Of a stretch of 41,764 nucleotides of DNA, positions 1 through 7,647 are shown one piece after another. The stretch covers positions 1-41,764 of the forward strand of contig JAHIRY010000027.1 in assembly GCA_018818405.1 (NCBI GenBank), in the 5' to 3' direction. The notes beneath the pieces were generated by a model. The model was not told the DNA's origin, did no database searches, and saw nothing but the letters and a program-made list of their open reading frames with translations. Position 1 is the stretch's first letter. Each line of letters starts with the position of its first letter. Source of the stretch: Patescibacteria group bacterium (GTDB taxonomy: Bacteria > Patescibacteriota > Patescibacteriia > UBA11705 > JABHMO01). The translations under genes were made by a program, and so were the position numbers.

Positions 1-1
1 G

Positions 2-211
2 CAACCAATGCTATATTTATGTTTTCCAATTACAGAATTAAAAACAAAAAATAATTTAATCGGACGATGTGCCGAAGTAAAAGAAATTGCCCATTTTGAA
101 ATTTCAGAAAGCAATATCAAAGTATTTTTGGAAATGCTAAAAATGTTTGGCATTTTATCTAAAAATCACAAACACGATATTTTGCAAATTATCAATACGA
201 TCATAGAATAA
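2..211 (+). CDS. C-terminal part of a PabI-family (HALFPIPE) restriction DNA glycosylase; 5' end lies outside the window
   Basis: Frame is open from the window edge: QPMLYLCFPITEL..LIGRCAE..EMLKMFGILSKNHKHDILQII. This parallels the R.PabI C-terminus as I recall it (QSMVYVCIPLTNV..LAGRVA..ELLKAFIIASETHKNDIV). Confidence 0.65.
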   Translation, partial: QPMLYLCFPITELKTKNNLIGRCAEVKEIAHFEISESNIKVFLEMLKMFGILSKNHKHDILQIINTIIE

Positions 212-277
212 TCTCAATATTTTTATCTATTATTTGAAGAGAATAAGGAGTTTTGGATTTTGGGCATTCACCCCTCG

Positions 278-533
278 TATACTGAAGTCAAATAATCCCC
301 GTGGACAAATCCAATCAATTGATACAATACGGATGTTTTTTTAAATTATGATAAATTTCACATAAAAGTTTTCTGGCAATAGCTGATAGGCAGGTGTAAT
401 AATGTTTGTTTTCACCTCTTTTCTTTTGATAATACTGTTTATATTTTTCATTATGCATCATAACGCCCCAAGCTGACTGAAAGAGAAAATATCTCATGGT
501 TTTTGACCCTCGTTTTGAGAGCTTGCTTTTTCT
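278..533 (-). mobile_element. IS110-family transposase 3' remnant with probable right end
   Basis: RKSKLSKRGSKTMRYFLFQSAW..YYQKKRGENKHYY..AIARKL is typical of the IS110/IS116 C-terminal domain. There is an in-frame stop upstream at 543-545. A TTGACT hexamer (286-291, minus) lies after the stop codon, as in IS110 right ends. Confidence 0.75.
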
Positions 534-617
534 CGTGGCAGTTTAATTGAGCAGTTGAAATATGACGGATTCACGCAAGCACAGGCAGAGTATGGAGCTA
601 ATTCGGTTGGGCTATAA
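525..617 (+). pseudogene. 3' fragment of an Ltp-family surface lipoprotein gene
   Basis: Translates AFSRGSLIEQLKYDGFTQAQAEYGANSVGL*, matching the Ltp repeat pattern FSRxxLIxQLxxxGFTxxQAEY. No start; it abuts the IS110 remnant. Confidence 0.7.
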
Positions 618-758
618 TAGTCAACGAAATAAAAAGTGCCAAAATTGAATTAGATTTTTTTCACAAAAGAGAACTCAAGGGGTCGCTGCGCTTTCGCTCC
701 ACTCCGTTATGCTCACCCTCGCCTAACTAATTATATCGCCGTCAACACAAAACTGTGG

Positions 759-790
759 ACAAAACTAGGACGAAAAAATCCTAGTTTTGT
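759..790. terminator. Intrinsic terminator-like hairpin
   Basis: ACAAAACTAGGA-N8-TCCTAGTTTTGT followed by Ts. Confidence 0.55.
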
Positions 791-900
791 TTTTCTTCAA
801 ACAGCTTTCAACTTGTCAAAACCGAATAAATATCATGCGTCATCTTTACATTGCCCCCGATGGCGCCGTTTTGAACAAGTTTCCAATTTTAATTATTTGC

Positions 901-929
901 TTGTCTTAATTTAGCATATTTGCTATTAT
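901..929 (+). promoter_or_regulatory. sigma70-type promoter upstream of the ymdB leader
   Basis: TTGTCT-17-TATTAT with extended -10 TG. Confidence 0.55.
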
Positions 930-967
930 TTAATTGATAGGCGATTCAGAGATTGATCGATTTAGCC

Positions 968-1164
968 GTTCTCGTAATTGGCGGCTGCTCAAATAACTTG
1001 TAATAGAGTAATAAAGTAATAAAGGGATTACGCCGACATTTACCTTAATTACTCAATTCCTCTTAGTTGTTCTCATAATTACCGGCTGCTCAAATAACTT
1101 GTAATTGAGTAATAAAGTAATAAAGGGATTACGCCGTCATTTCCCTTAATTACTCAATTCCTCT
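968..1164 (+). repeat. Two near-identical 96-bp tandem units (968-1063, 1069-1164), each with an internal inverted repeat
   Basis: Period 101. Copy 2 has AATTGAGTAAT...ATTACTCAATT and AAGGG/CCCTT arms. Confidence 0.9.
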
Positions 1165-1186
1165 AACTTAACCAAATCACAAAACT

Positions 1187-1993
1187 ATGTCATCACTAAA
1201 ACTACTCTTCATCGGCGATATCATGGGAAAAAGCGGACGCGCGGCCATCAAAAAAGCTCTTCCCGAATTAAAGGAAAAATACAATCCGGATTTAATCATT
1301 GCCAACGCGGAAAATCTGGCGCACGGAAAAGGCGTGACAGAATCCACTCTGCAGGAAATGCTTGACATTGGAATTGATTTTTTCACTTCCGGCGATCATA
1401 TCTGGGACAACAAAAAAGAAATTGAAAAAATTTTTTCGGAAAACAAACTTCCGATTATCCGTCCGGCGAATTATCCTGAAGGAATTCCGGGATATGGATA
1501 CAAAGTAATTGAAATCGGCACAAACAAAATCCTGATCGTCAATCTGATCGGCCGAGTTTTCTTCCGCTCGAATTTCGAATGTCCGTTCAGAGAAATGGAA
1601 AAAATATTGGAACAATTCAAAGATGAAAATTTGTCCGCGATAATTGTCGATTTTCACGCGGAAGCGACTTCGGAAAAAAATACTTTGTCCAGATATTTCG
1701 ACGGAAAAGTCAGCGCCGTTCTCGGCACGCACACGCACATTCAAACAGCTGACGAACAAATCCTGCCGAACGGCACCGCTCACATCACTGATGTCGGCTT
1801 TGTGGGAATAAAAAACTCCAGCCTCGGACTGGATCTGAAAAATGTGACGGAAACATTTCTCTATCAAACACCGAGAGAACATGAGATTCCGGAACACGGA
1901 ATTTGCCAAGTCAATGCGGTTTTTGTTATAATTAAGCCAGAAACCAAATTGGCTGTGCAAATAGAAAGAATAAATATTGATGTAGAAATTTAA
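1187..1993 (+). CDS. ymdB: YmdB/TIGR00282-family metallophosphoesterase
   Basis: FIGDIMG, NAEN..HGKG, TSGDH, RPANYP, DFHAEATSEK, GTHTH motifs. Confidence 0.95.
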   Translation: MSSLKLLFIGDIMGKSGRAAIKKALPELKEKYNPDLIIANAENLAHGKGVTESTLQEMLDIGIDFFTSGDHIWDNKKEIEKIFSENKLPIIRPANYPEGIPGYGYKVIEIGTNKILIVNLIGRVFFRSNFECPFREMEKILEQFKDENLSAIIVDFHAEATSEKNTLSRYFDGKVSAVLGTHTHIQTADEQILPNGTAHITDVGFVGIKNSSLGLDLKNVTETFLYQTPREHEIPEHGICQVNAVFVIIKPETKLAVQIERINIDVEI

Positions 1994-2027
1994 ATATTGA
2001 TTTTAATAAAAAATTAATCAAAAAATT

Positions 2028-2444
2028 ATGAATAAAGCAGAACTCGCGGGCGTACTCGCCAACAAATGCGGCGTCACAAAAAAACAAGCTGAAGATGTGC
2101 TTGACTGTCTGACCTCAACAATTATTGATACCATCAAAACCGGCGGCGAAGTGACTCTGACCGGATTCGGCACTTTCTCCGCCAGAATCAGAAAAGGCAG
2201 AATCGGCGTCAATCCTCAGGATCCGAGCAAACCGCTGAATATCAAACCGACAAAAGTCGTAAAATTCAAAGCCGGAAAAACATTGAAAGACGCGCTGAAA
2301 GCCAGCCAAACAACGGAAGCGCCGGCGCCGGCGCCGGCGCCGCCGGTTGCAGTTCCCGCACCCGAACCGCCGGCTGAATACAAGCAACCTGAAGTTCCCA
2401 TGGAAATGCCGGAGGAAAAACCGGAAACAACGCCAACGGAATAA
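2028..2444 (+). CDS. hup: HU-family DNA-binding protein with Pro/Glu-rich C-terminal tail
   Basis: MNKAEL..GFGTF..R.G.NPQ..FKAGKTLKD. Confidence 0.95.
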   Translation: MNKAELAGVLANKCGVTKKQAEDVLDCLTSTIIDTIKTGGEVTLTGFGTFSARIRKGRIGVNPQDPSKPLNIKPTKVVKFKAGKTLKDALKASQTTEAPAPAPAPPVAVPAPEPPAEYKQPEVPMEMPEEKPETTPTE

Positions 2445-2454
2445 TAAAAATCCA

Positions 2455-2480
2455 AAAGCGGGCGAAAGCTCGCTTTTTTT
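2455..2480 (+). terminator. Intrinsic terminator after hup
   Basis: AAGCGGGC-GAAA-GCTCGCTT followed by a T tract. Confidence 0.85.
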
Positions 2481-2529
2481 GTACACTGAACTTTTTGAAA
2501 TATCACGGTCCGTTTCCTCGAAAAAACTA

Positions 2530-2558
2530 TTGCCAAAACGCCGGATTTCTTTTATAAT
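2530..2558 (+). promoter_or_regulatory. sigma70 promoter of hsp20
   Basis: TTGCCA-17-TATAAT. Confidence 0.7.
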
Positions 2559-2588
2559 ACAACTGTGAATAATAAATAAAATAAAAAA

Positions 2589-3092
2589 ATGGAATTTGAA
2601 ATTCCCGAATGGCAAAAACATCTGGATGATCTGGACAAACACTATGATCCGGAAACTTTTTTCATTGATCAGCTCTCGAGACCGACCAACGAACCTGATG
2701 TGCGCGAACATTTTTTCACGCCAACTCTGGCCGAAGCAACGGAAATTTCCGAGCAAGGCCAGCTCACGCTCGATGTTTTTCAGGACAATGAAAATATTTA
2801 TGTCATTGCGCCGGTCGCCGGAGTGAAGCAGGGCAACATTGACATTTCCATTGACGATGATATTCTGACGATCCAAGGACAAAGAGAAAACGAATTTTCG
2901 CGCGAAGAAAAAGATTATTTGTTTCGAGAATGCTACTGGGGGAAATTTTCACGAAGCATAATTCTGCCGGCAAATGTCAATGAAAACAAAATTCAAGCGA
3001 TCCTGCAAAACGGAATTCTGAAAATCACTTTGCCAAAAATCGAAAAAACAAAAAAACAAGGAATCAGCGTAAAAGAATTGCCCGATTATTAA
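2589..3092 (+). CDS. Hsp20/alpha-crystallin small heat shock protein
   Basis: LDVFQD..APVAGV..LTIQGQR..ECYWGKFSRSIILP..NGILKITLPK. Confidence 0.93.
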   Translation: MEFEIPEWQKHLDDLDKHYDPETFFIDQLSRPTNEPDVREHFFTPTLAEATEISEQGQLTLDVFQDNENIYVIAPVAGVKQGNIDISIDDDILTIQGQRENEFSREEKDYLFRECYWGKFSRSIILPANVNENKIQAILQNGILKITLPKIEKTKKQGISVKELPDY

Positions 3093-3244
3093 TTGCCGTT
3101 TTTTTACAAACCAATCAGGTAAACGAGTTTCTTCGCTGCGAGCGAGGAAATTTTTAGCAAATTAAACATTTCAACCATTGCCGGCAGATATTCTCTTGAA
3201 GCAACAACCTCGGCAAAATTTTCTGAGCATTAAAATCATAATCC

Positions 3245-3481
3245 ATGGAAAAAAATACAATTGTCAGAAAACTTGATGGCGCAAATATGGACATTGACCT
3301 TACGACCGATTCCTCGAATATTTCCTGGAAACAAGATGCGTGTCCATGGAATACTGCTGAAAAATCAAAAAAGCATAAATGCGCTATAAAAAATGTATCA
3401 ATTTGTAAATATTTTTGCGGGATAGAATATTTGGATAATGTTTTGTGCTGCTATCCGAACGCTAATCCCAACACTAATTGA
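3245..3481 (+). CDS. Small Cys-rich hypothetical protein
   Basis: 78-aa ORF with CPWN..HKC..SICKYFCG..CC; co-directional with neighbours. Confidence 0.7.
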   Translation: MEKNTIVRKLDGANMDIDLTTDSSNISWKQDACPWNTAEKSKKHKCAIKNVSICKYFCGIEYLDNVLCCYPNANPNTN

Positions 3482-3487
3482 AGAATT

Positions 3488-3754
3488 ATGGAAAAAATAT
3501 ATAAACAATGCCAATCGTGCGGAATGCCTCTGAACAAAGATAAAAAAGGAGGCGGATCGGAAAAAGACGGCACATTAAGTAAGAAGTATTGCAGTTCCTG
3601 CTATCAAAATGGTGAATTCAAAAATCCAAATATGTCCATAAAGGAAATGCAAAAACTCGTTGATGATATTTTAAAAAATGAAATTAAATTTCCGAAAATC
3701 CTCAGATGGCTGGCAGTAAAGCAAATACCAAAACTTGCGAGGTGGAAAAAATAA
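3488..3754 (+). CDS. Putative zinc-ribbon domain protein
   Basis: CQSCGMPL..GGSEKDG..YCSSCYQNGEF..IPKLARWK pattern. Confidence 0.88.
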   Translation: MEKIYKQCQSCGMPLNKDKKGGGSEKDGTLSKKYCSSCYQNGEFKNPNMSIKEMQKLVDDILKNEIKFPKILRWLAVKQIPKLARWKK

Positions 3755-3778
3755 TTTAATAACTTAACCGAAAATTCT

Positions 3779-3997
3779 ATGAAAAATTGTATGGAGGGTA
3801 CAATAGATAGAACAGAGGGCGACCACGCGGTGATTATTATGAAAAATCACCAGCTCATCTATTGGCCGAAAGAAAATTTGCCGAAAAAATGCATCGAAGG
3901 AATTACCGTCATCGTTTCGATTGAAATCGAGGAAACTAACACAAAAGACAAGGAAAATCTGGCAAAGGAATTTCTAAACAAAATCATTGATAATTAG
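3779..3997 (+). CDS. DUF3006-like protein
   Basis: IDRTEGDHAVI..P..LP..EG pattern. Confidence 0.75.
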   Translation: MKNCMEGTIDRTEGDHAVIIMKNHQLIYWPKENLPKKCIEGITVIVSIEIEETNTKDKENLAKEFLNKIIDN

Positions 3998-3998
3998 T

Positions 3999-5867
3999 AT
4001 GAAATTTTTTTCGCTTGAAAAAAAATCAAAAACCGTCAAATGGTTAATAATTGTATTTGCGATTATTTTTTTATTGATTGCCATTTTTGGAATTTCCTCG
4101 ATTGTGCTCGCCTACAAATATCAGAACAAAATATATCCGGGAGTAATGCTCGACGGACTCGACCTCAGCGGACTGACAAAAACGCAGGCAGGCAATGTCA
4201 TTGACGGAAAATTCAAACAACTCTATGGCAATGGCTTTGAATTTCACGCGGAAAATCAAATGAAGCTGATTCCCAATGAAGAAAACAAAATTCTGGCGCT
4301 TCATCTGGACAATATGGCGGACAGCGCCTTCAAAACGGGCAGACAAAATCATTGGCTGGTGAATTATCTGCAAATTCCTTTTCTGCCGATATTCAAAAAA
4401 AATATTTCCTTGGATTATCGCTTTGACAAAAATTCATTGAAAGAAAATCTGACTCAGGCATTTTCACTCCAGGAAACTCCGGTGAAAAATTCGGCTGTCA
4501 ATGTGAAAATCCTCGACTCGAAAACCAAACAAGTTGAAATTGATTTCACTGAATCAAATACCGGCGAAACATTCAATTATATTTCAGCCGTTGACACGCT
4601 CGAACGATCAATCAAAAATTTCCAAAACATTCCAATCACACTGATCAAAGAAAAATCTTATCCTGATATTACAATTACAACCGCGCTGGCGAAAAAAGAA
4701 AAAATCGAAAAATTATTGCAATTGCCTGAAGTAAAATTCAAATACGCGGAACAAGAATGGCCGATCAAATGGGAAGATTTCACTCATTGGATTTCTCTGG
4801 GCGAAGATGAATTCGGCAATATTGCGGTTCTTCTGGATGAACAAATCGTAAAAGGACAGCTGGAAGCCATCGCCCAATCGGTCGATCAACCGGTAATTGA
4901 TGCCAAATTTCAAATCAAAGACAATAAAGTGATTGAATTCGAGAGCCACAAAAACGGACAAGCGGCAGACATTGACGCGACTTACAAAAAAACGATTGAT
5001 GAAATTGTAAATAAATTCAATACGGAAATTGAACTGATTGTCAGTGAAACCGAGCCGGAAATAAAAACCGAAAAAGTGAATGATCTCGGAATAAAAGAAC
5101 AAATCGGAATCGGTATTTCTGATTTTTCCGGCAGTCCCGCGAACCGCAGACACAATATCGGAGTCGGCGCGGCATCGCTCAACGGACTGCTGATAAAACC
5201 GGATGAAGAATTTCGTCTTGTCGCATCGCTCGGCGACATAAATTCGCAAGGCGGATATTTGCCGGAATTGGTAATTAAAGGAACCAAAACGGTTCCGGAA
5301 TATGGCGGAGGATTGTGCCAGATCGCGACAACTTTGTTTCGAACAATTCTTGCCAGCGGATTGCCGGTGACCGCGAGAAGTCCGCACACATATCGAGTTT
5401 CATATTATGAACCTGCCGGAACGGACGCCACCATTTACGATCCCCTGCCTGATGTCAGATTCATTAATGATACGAACAACTATATTCTGATTCAAACGAA
5501 AATGCAGGGCAATTTGCTGACCTTTGAATTTTGGGGAACATCGGACGGCAGAAAAGTTAGATTCGAAGGGCAAAATAAAACCGATGATTTATCAAAATTA
5601 AAACCAATCATTTTCAACATTACCAGTCCGGGTCCGACGAAATTCATTGAAACCGAAGAATTAAAACCGGGCGAGAAAAAAATGATGGAACACGCCCACA
5701 ACGGAGCTGATGCTGTCTTCTATCAATACATAACAATGCCCGATGAAATTGAAAGCAAAGAAACCTGGAGCAGTCATTATTCTCCCTGGCAGGAAGTCAT
5801 TCTGATCGGAGCAAACAAAGAAGCTGAAGCAGTGCAACCGGAGCCGGAACCTCCGATAACTCAATAA
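3999..5867 (+). CDS. VanW-family protein with N-terminal TM helix and peptidoglycan-binding repeats
   Basis: IYPGV..LSGLT, NRRHNI, GGGLCQIATTLFR, GTDATIY..DVRFINDT. ATG at 3999 preferred as start. Confidence 0.92.
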   Translation: MKFFSLEKKSKTVKWLIIVFAIIFLLIAIFGISSIVLAYKYQNKIYPGVMLDGLDLSGLTKTQAGNVIDGKFKQLYGNGFEFHAENQMKLIPNEENKILALHLDNMADSAFKTGRQNHWLVNYLQIPFLPIFKKNISLDYRFDKNSLKENLTQAFSLQETPVKNSAVNVKILDSKTKQVEIDFTESNTGETFNYISAVDTLERSIKNFQNIPITLIKEKSYPDITITTALAKKEKIEKLLQLPEVKFKYAEQEWPIKWEDFTHWISLGEDEFGNIAVLLDEQIVKGQLEAIAQSVDQPVIDAKFQIKDNKVIEFESHKNGQAADIDATYKKTIDEIVNKFNTEIELIVSETEPEIKTEKVNDLGIKEQIGIGISDFSGSPANRRHNIGVGAASLNGLLIKPDEEFRLVASLGDINSQGGYLPELVIKGTKTVPEYGGGLCQIATTLFRTILASGLPVTARSPHTYRVSYYEPAGTDATIYDPLPDVRFINDTNNYILIQTKMQGNLLTFEFWGTSDGRKVRFEGQNKTDDLSKLKPIIFNITSPGPTKFIETEELKPGEKKMMEHAHNGADAVFYQYITMPDEIESKETWSSHYSPWQEVILIGANKEAEAVQPEPEPPITQ

Positions 5868-5875
5868 CAACAAAC

Positions 5876-5909
5876 AAAAAACGCGAGAATTAATTTCTCG
5901 CGTTTTTTT
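5876..5909. terminator. Bidirectional intrinsic terminator
   Basis: A6-CGCGAGAA-TTAAT-TTCTCGCG-T7. Confidence 0.88.
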
Positions 5910-6060
5910 ATCTTTGCATTTTAAAATAAAACTCCCCTCCAATGGACAGACAAAAAATTTTTACTCAGGCGAAATCGAGCAAAAAGCCTGATTTAACCTA
6001 AAGTAAAAATCCCATGCTTGTCGTGTCTGTCCGTTGGAGAGGACTTTGTTCTAATTTAAC
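5876..6060 (-). ncRNA. Candidate structured small RNA, ~185 nt, unknown class
   Basis: 19-bp outer stem 5934-5952/6024-6042 with two nested stems. Lies between the promoter at 6066-6094 and the terminator at 5876-5909. Confidence 0.5.
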
Positions 6061-6065
6061 TCTTA

Positions 6066-6094
6066 ATTTTAGCATTCTTTTCAGATGTTGTCAA
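6066..6094 (-). promoter_or_regulatory. sigma70 promoter with no downstream CDS
   Basis: TTGACA-17-TAAAAT with extended -10 TG on the minus strand. Confidence 0.7.
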
Positions 6095-6218
6095 TGGCTT
6101 ACACCAGCAAAATCGCTTTTTACTAAATTTAGACAAAATAATTTAGAAATCACAATCTAATTATATCATTAAACGCAAACAATTTCCAGCCGATTCGAAA
6201 AAATGCCTCAAATAATTC

Positions 6219-6794
6219 TTATTTAATGATCTTATCGATCAACCCATACTCCTTTGCTTCTTCCGCAGTCATATAATAATCCCGATCAGTGTCTTTTTCT
6301 ACCTTTTTCAATGGCTGTCCCGTATGTTTTGCCAAAATCTTGTCCAAAGTTTCTCTGACTTTTAAAATTTCTTCAGCTTGAATCTTGATATCACTGGCCT
6401 GTCCTTTGGCGCCTCCCATCACCTGATGAATCATAATTTTGGAATTTGGCAGAGAAAACCTTTTTCCGCCAGCTCCGGCTGCGAGCAGAAAAGCTCCCAT
6501 ACTGGCAGCCATTCCCAAGCAAATTGTGGCCACATCCGGCTTTATGTATTGCATTGTATCGTAAATCGCCATTCCGGCTGTCACAGATCCGCCGGGGGAA
6601 TTTATGTATAATTTAATGTCTTTTTTTGAATCCTCGCTCTCGAGAAATAACAGCTGGGCAATAATGGAATTCGCAACCTGATCATCCACTCCTGTTCCCA
6701 GAAAAATGATTCTATCCTTCAATAATCGAGAATAAATGTCATAAGCGCGCTCGCCGTAATGAGTTTTTTCTATAACCGTGGGAATGAGATTCAT
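6219..6794 (-). CDS. clpP: ATP-dependent Clp protease proteolytic subunit
   Basis: [28 protein letters not shown]. Confidence 0.98.
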   Translation of the reverse strand: MNLIPTVIEKTHYGERAYDIYSRLLKDRIIFLGTGVDDQVANSIIAQLLFLESEDSKKDIKLYINSPGGSVTAGMAIYDTMQYIKPDVATICLGMAASMGAFLLAAGAGGKRFSLPNSKIMIHQVMGGAKGQASDIKIQAEEILKVRETLDKILAKHTGQPLKKVEKDTDRDYYMTAEEAKEYGLIDKIIK

Positions 6795-6823
6795 AATTGA
6801 AATTGATAAATAGTTATTAAAAT

Positions 6824-6852
6824 ATTGTATTACAAATATAACACTCCGTCAA
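6824..6852 (-). promoter_or_regulatory. sigma70 promoter of clpP
   Basis: TTGACG-17-TACAAT on the minus strand. Confidence 0.65.
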
Positions 6853-6932
6853 TTCATCAAATTTGTCATCAATAGCTGACACCAATACTACTGTAAATTT
6901 AGACAATCCAACAATAACACACTGCGAAACCG

Positions 6933-6961
6933 TTGACAAAATATGAAAATCATGCTATACT
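6933..6961 (+). promoter_or_regulatory. Strong sigma70 promoter of the candidate large ncRNA
   Basis: TTGACA-17-TATACT with extended -10 TG. Confidence 0.8.
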
Positions 6962-6966
6962 AATAT

Positions 6967-7424
6967 GTTCCTTAAATAAAAAACTTTTATCGGAAAAATG
7001 ATGCAGAGGAGAGAGACCTTTGTCCGCCGCTCATTCACTTGCTTGTCATTTGAATCGGCTCGGACATTCAAATATACATTTTGGCATCTGGGGATTTAAT
7101 TATTTCATTATTGCTCCAACAGCCGAGATATTATTCCTCTCCATCATCTTTCCGATAACAAAAATTTCCGGAAAATGGTGAGGCGAGGCGAAGGCCACAA
7201 TTCATTTACTTTTTGGGCCTTCCCGCCCTCCCTCATCGTTTTTCGGAAATCTTTCCAAAAGAGTAGACAACCTCTTGGAGGGAATCTCTCTCCTCAATTC
7301 CGCAGTCCCAAACTTGATCTTTTCATTTTTTCTGCGGAATCTGTCTACTCCTTTGGGAAGTCCCTCCACTTCCCTACTTCAAAGGGGCGGTTCCTCGTGA
7401 ATCGTCCTTTTGTTTTTTTATTTT
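6967..7424 (+). ncRNA. Candidate large structured ncRNA, ~450 nt, unknown class
   Basis: Three consecutive long stem domains (6987-7158, 7164-7250, 7251-7360), long-range complementarities and a terminal terminator; no credible ORF. Confidence 0.75.
7382..7424 (+). terminator. Intrinsic terminator closing the candidate ncRNA
   Basis: AAGGGGCGGTTC-CTCGT-GAATCGTCCTTT (G-U pairs work on the + strand) followed by a T tract. Confidence 0.75.
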
Positions 7425-7647
7425 AAAAACGGTTTGAATCATAATCATCAATTATCGAAATTCCGTTCAACGAAAACGAACGCAATAAACAAAGATTTTT
7501 GTTCCCTGTGCTTGATATAAAATATCACTTTTCTTCCCTCTATTAATATGCTAAAATATGCAGTATACGAAGATTGCTCGCCAACCATTGTTTTTATTGG
7601 CGAATTGGTTTGCAATCAAACAAAAAACTAATAATTCAAAAAAAAAA

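Noticed and set aside
620-727. attC-like site after the Ltp fragment (GTTATGC, GCCTAAC)
   Set aside because: The boxes are in the wrong order and I could not build a paired attC stem.
300-762. DnaA-box-like GTGGACAA x2 / origin
   Set aside because: Only two mismatched boxes 450 bp apart, with no dnaA context.
968-1164. CRISPR array or integron attC pair
   Set aside because: Only two ~96-bp units with a 5-bp gap; no unique spacers and no proper RYYYAAC/GTTRRRY boxes.
6967-7424. Identification as RNase P RNA, tmRNA or SRP RNA
   Set aside because: No GAGGAAAGUCC P4 motif, no tRNA-like ends or CCA, and no SRP helix-8 motif seen.
7175-7426. 83-aa ORF inside the candidate ncRNA
   Set aside because: Implausible composition; it runs through long stems and the terminator.
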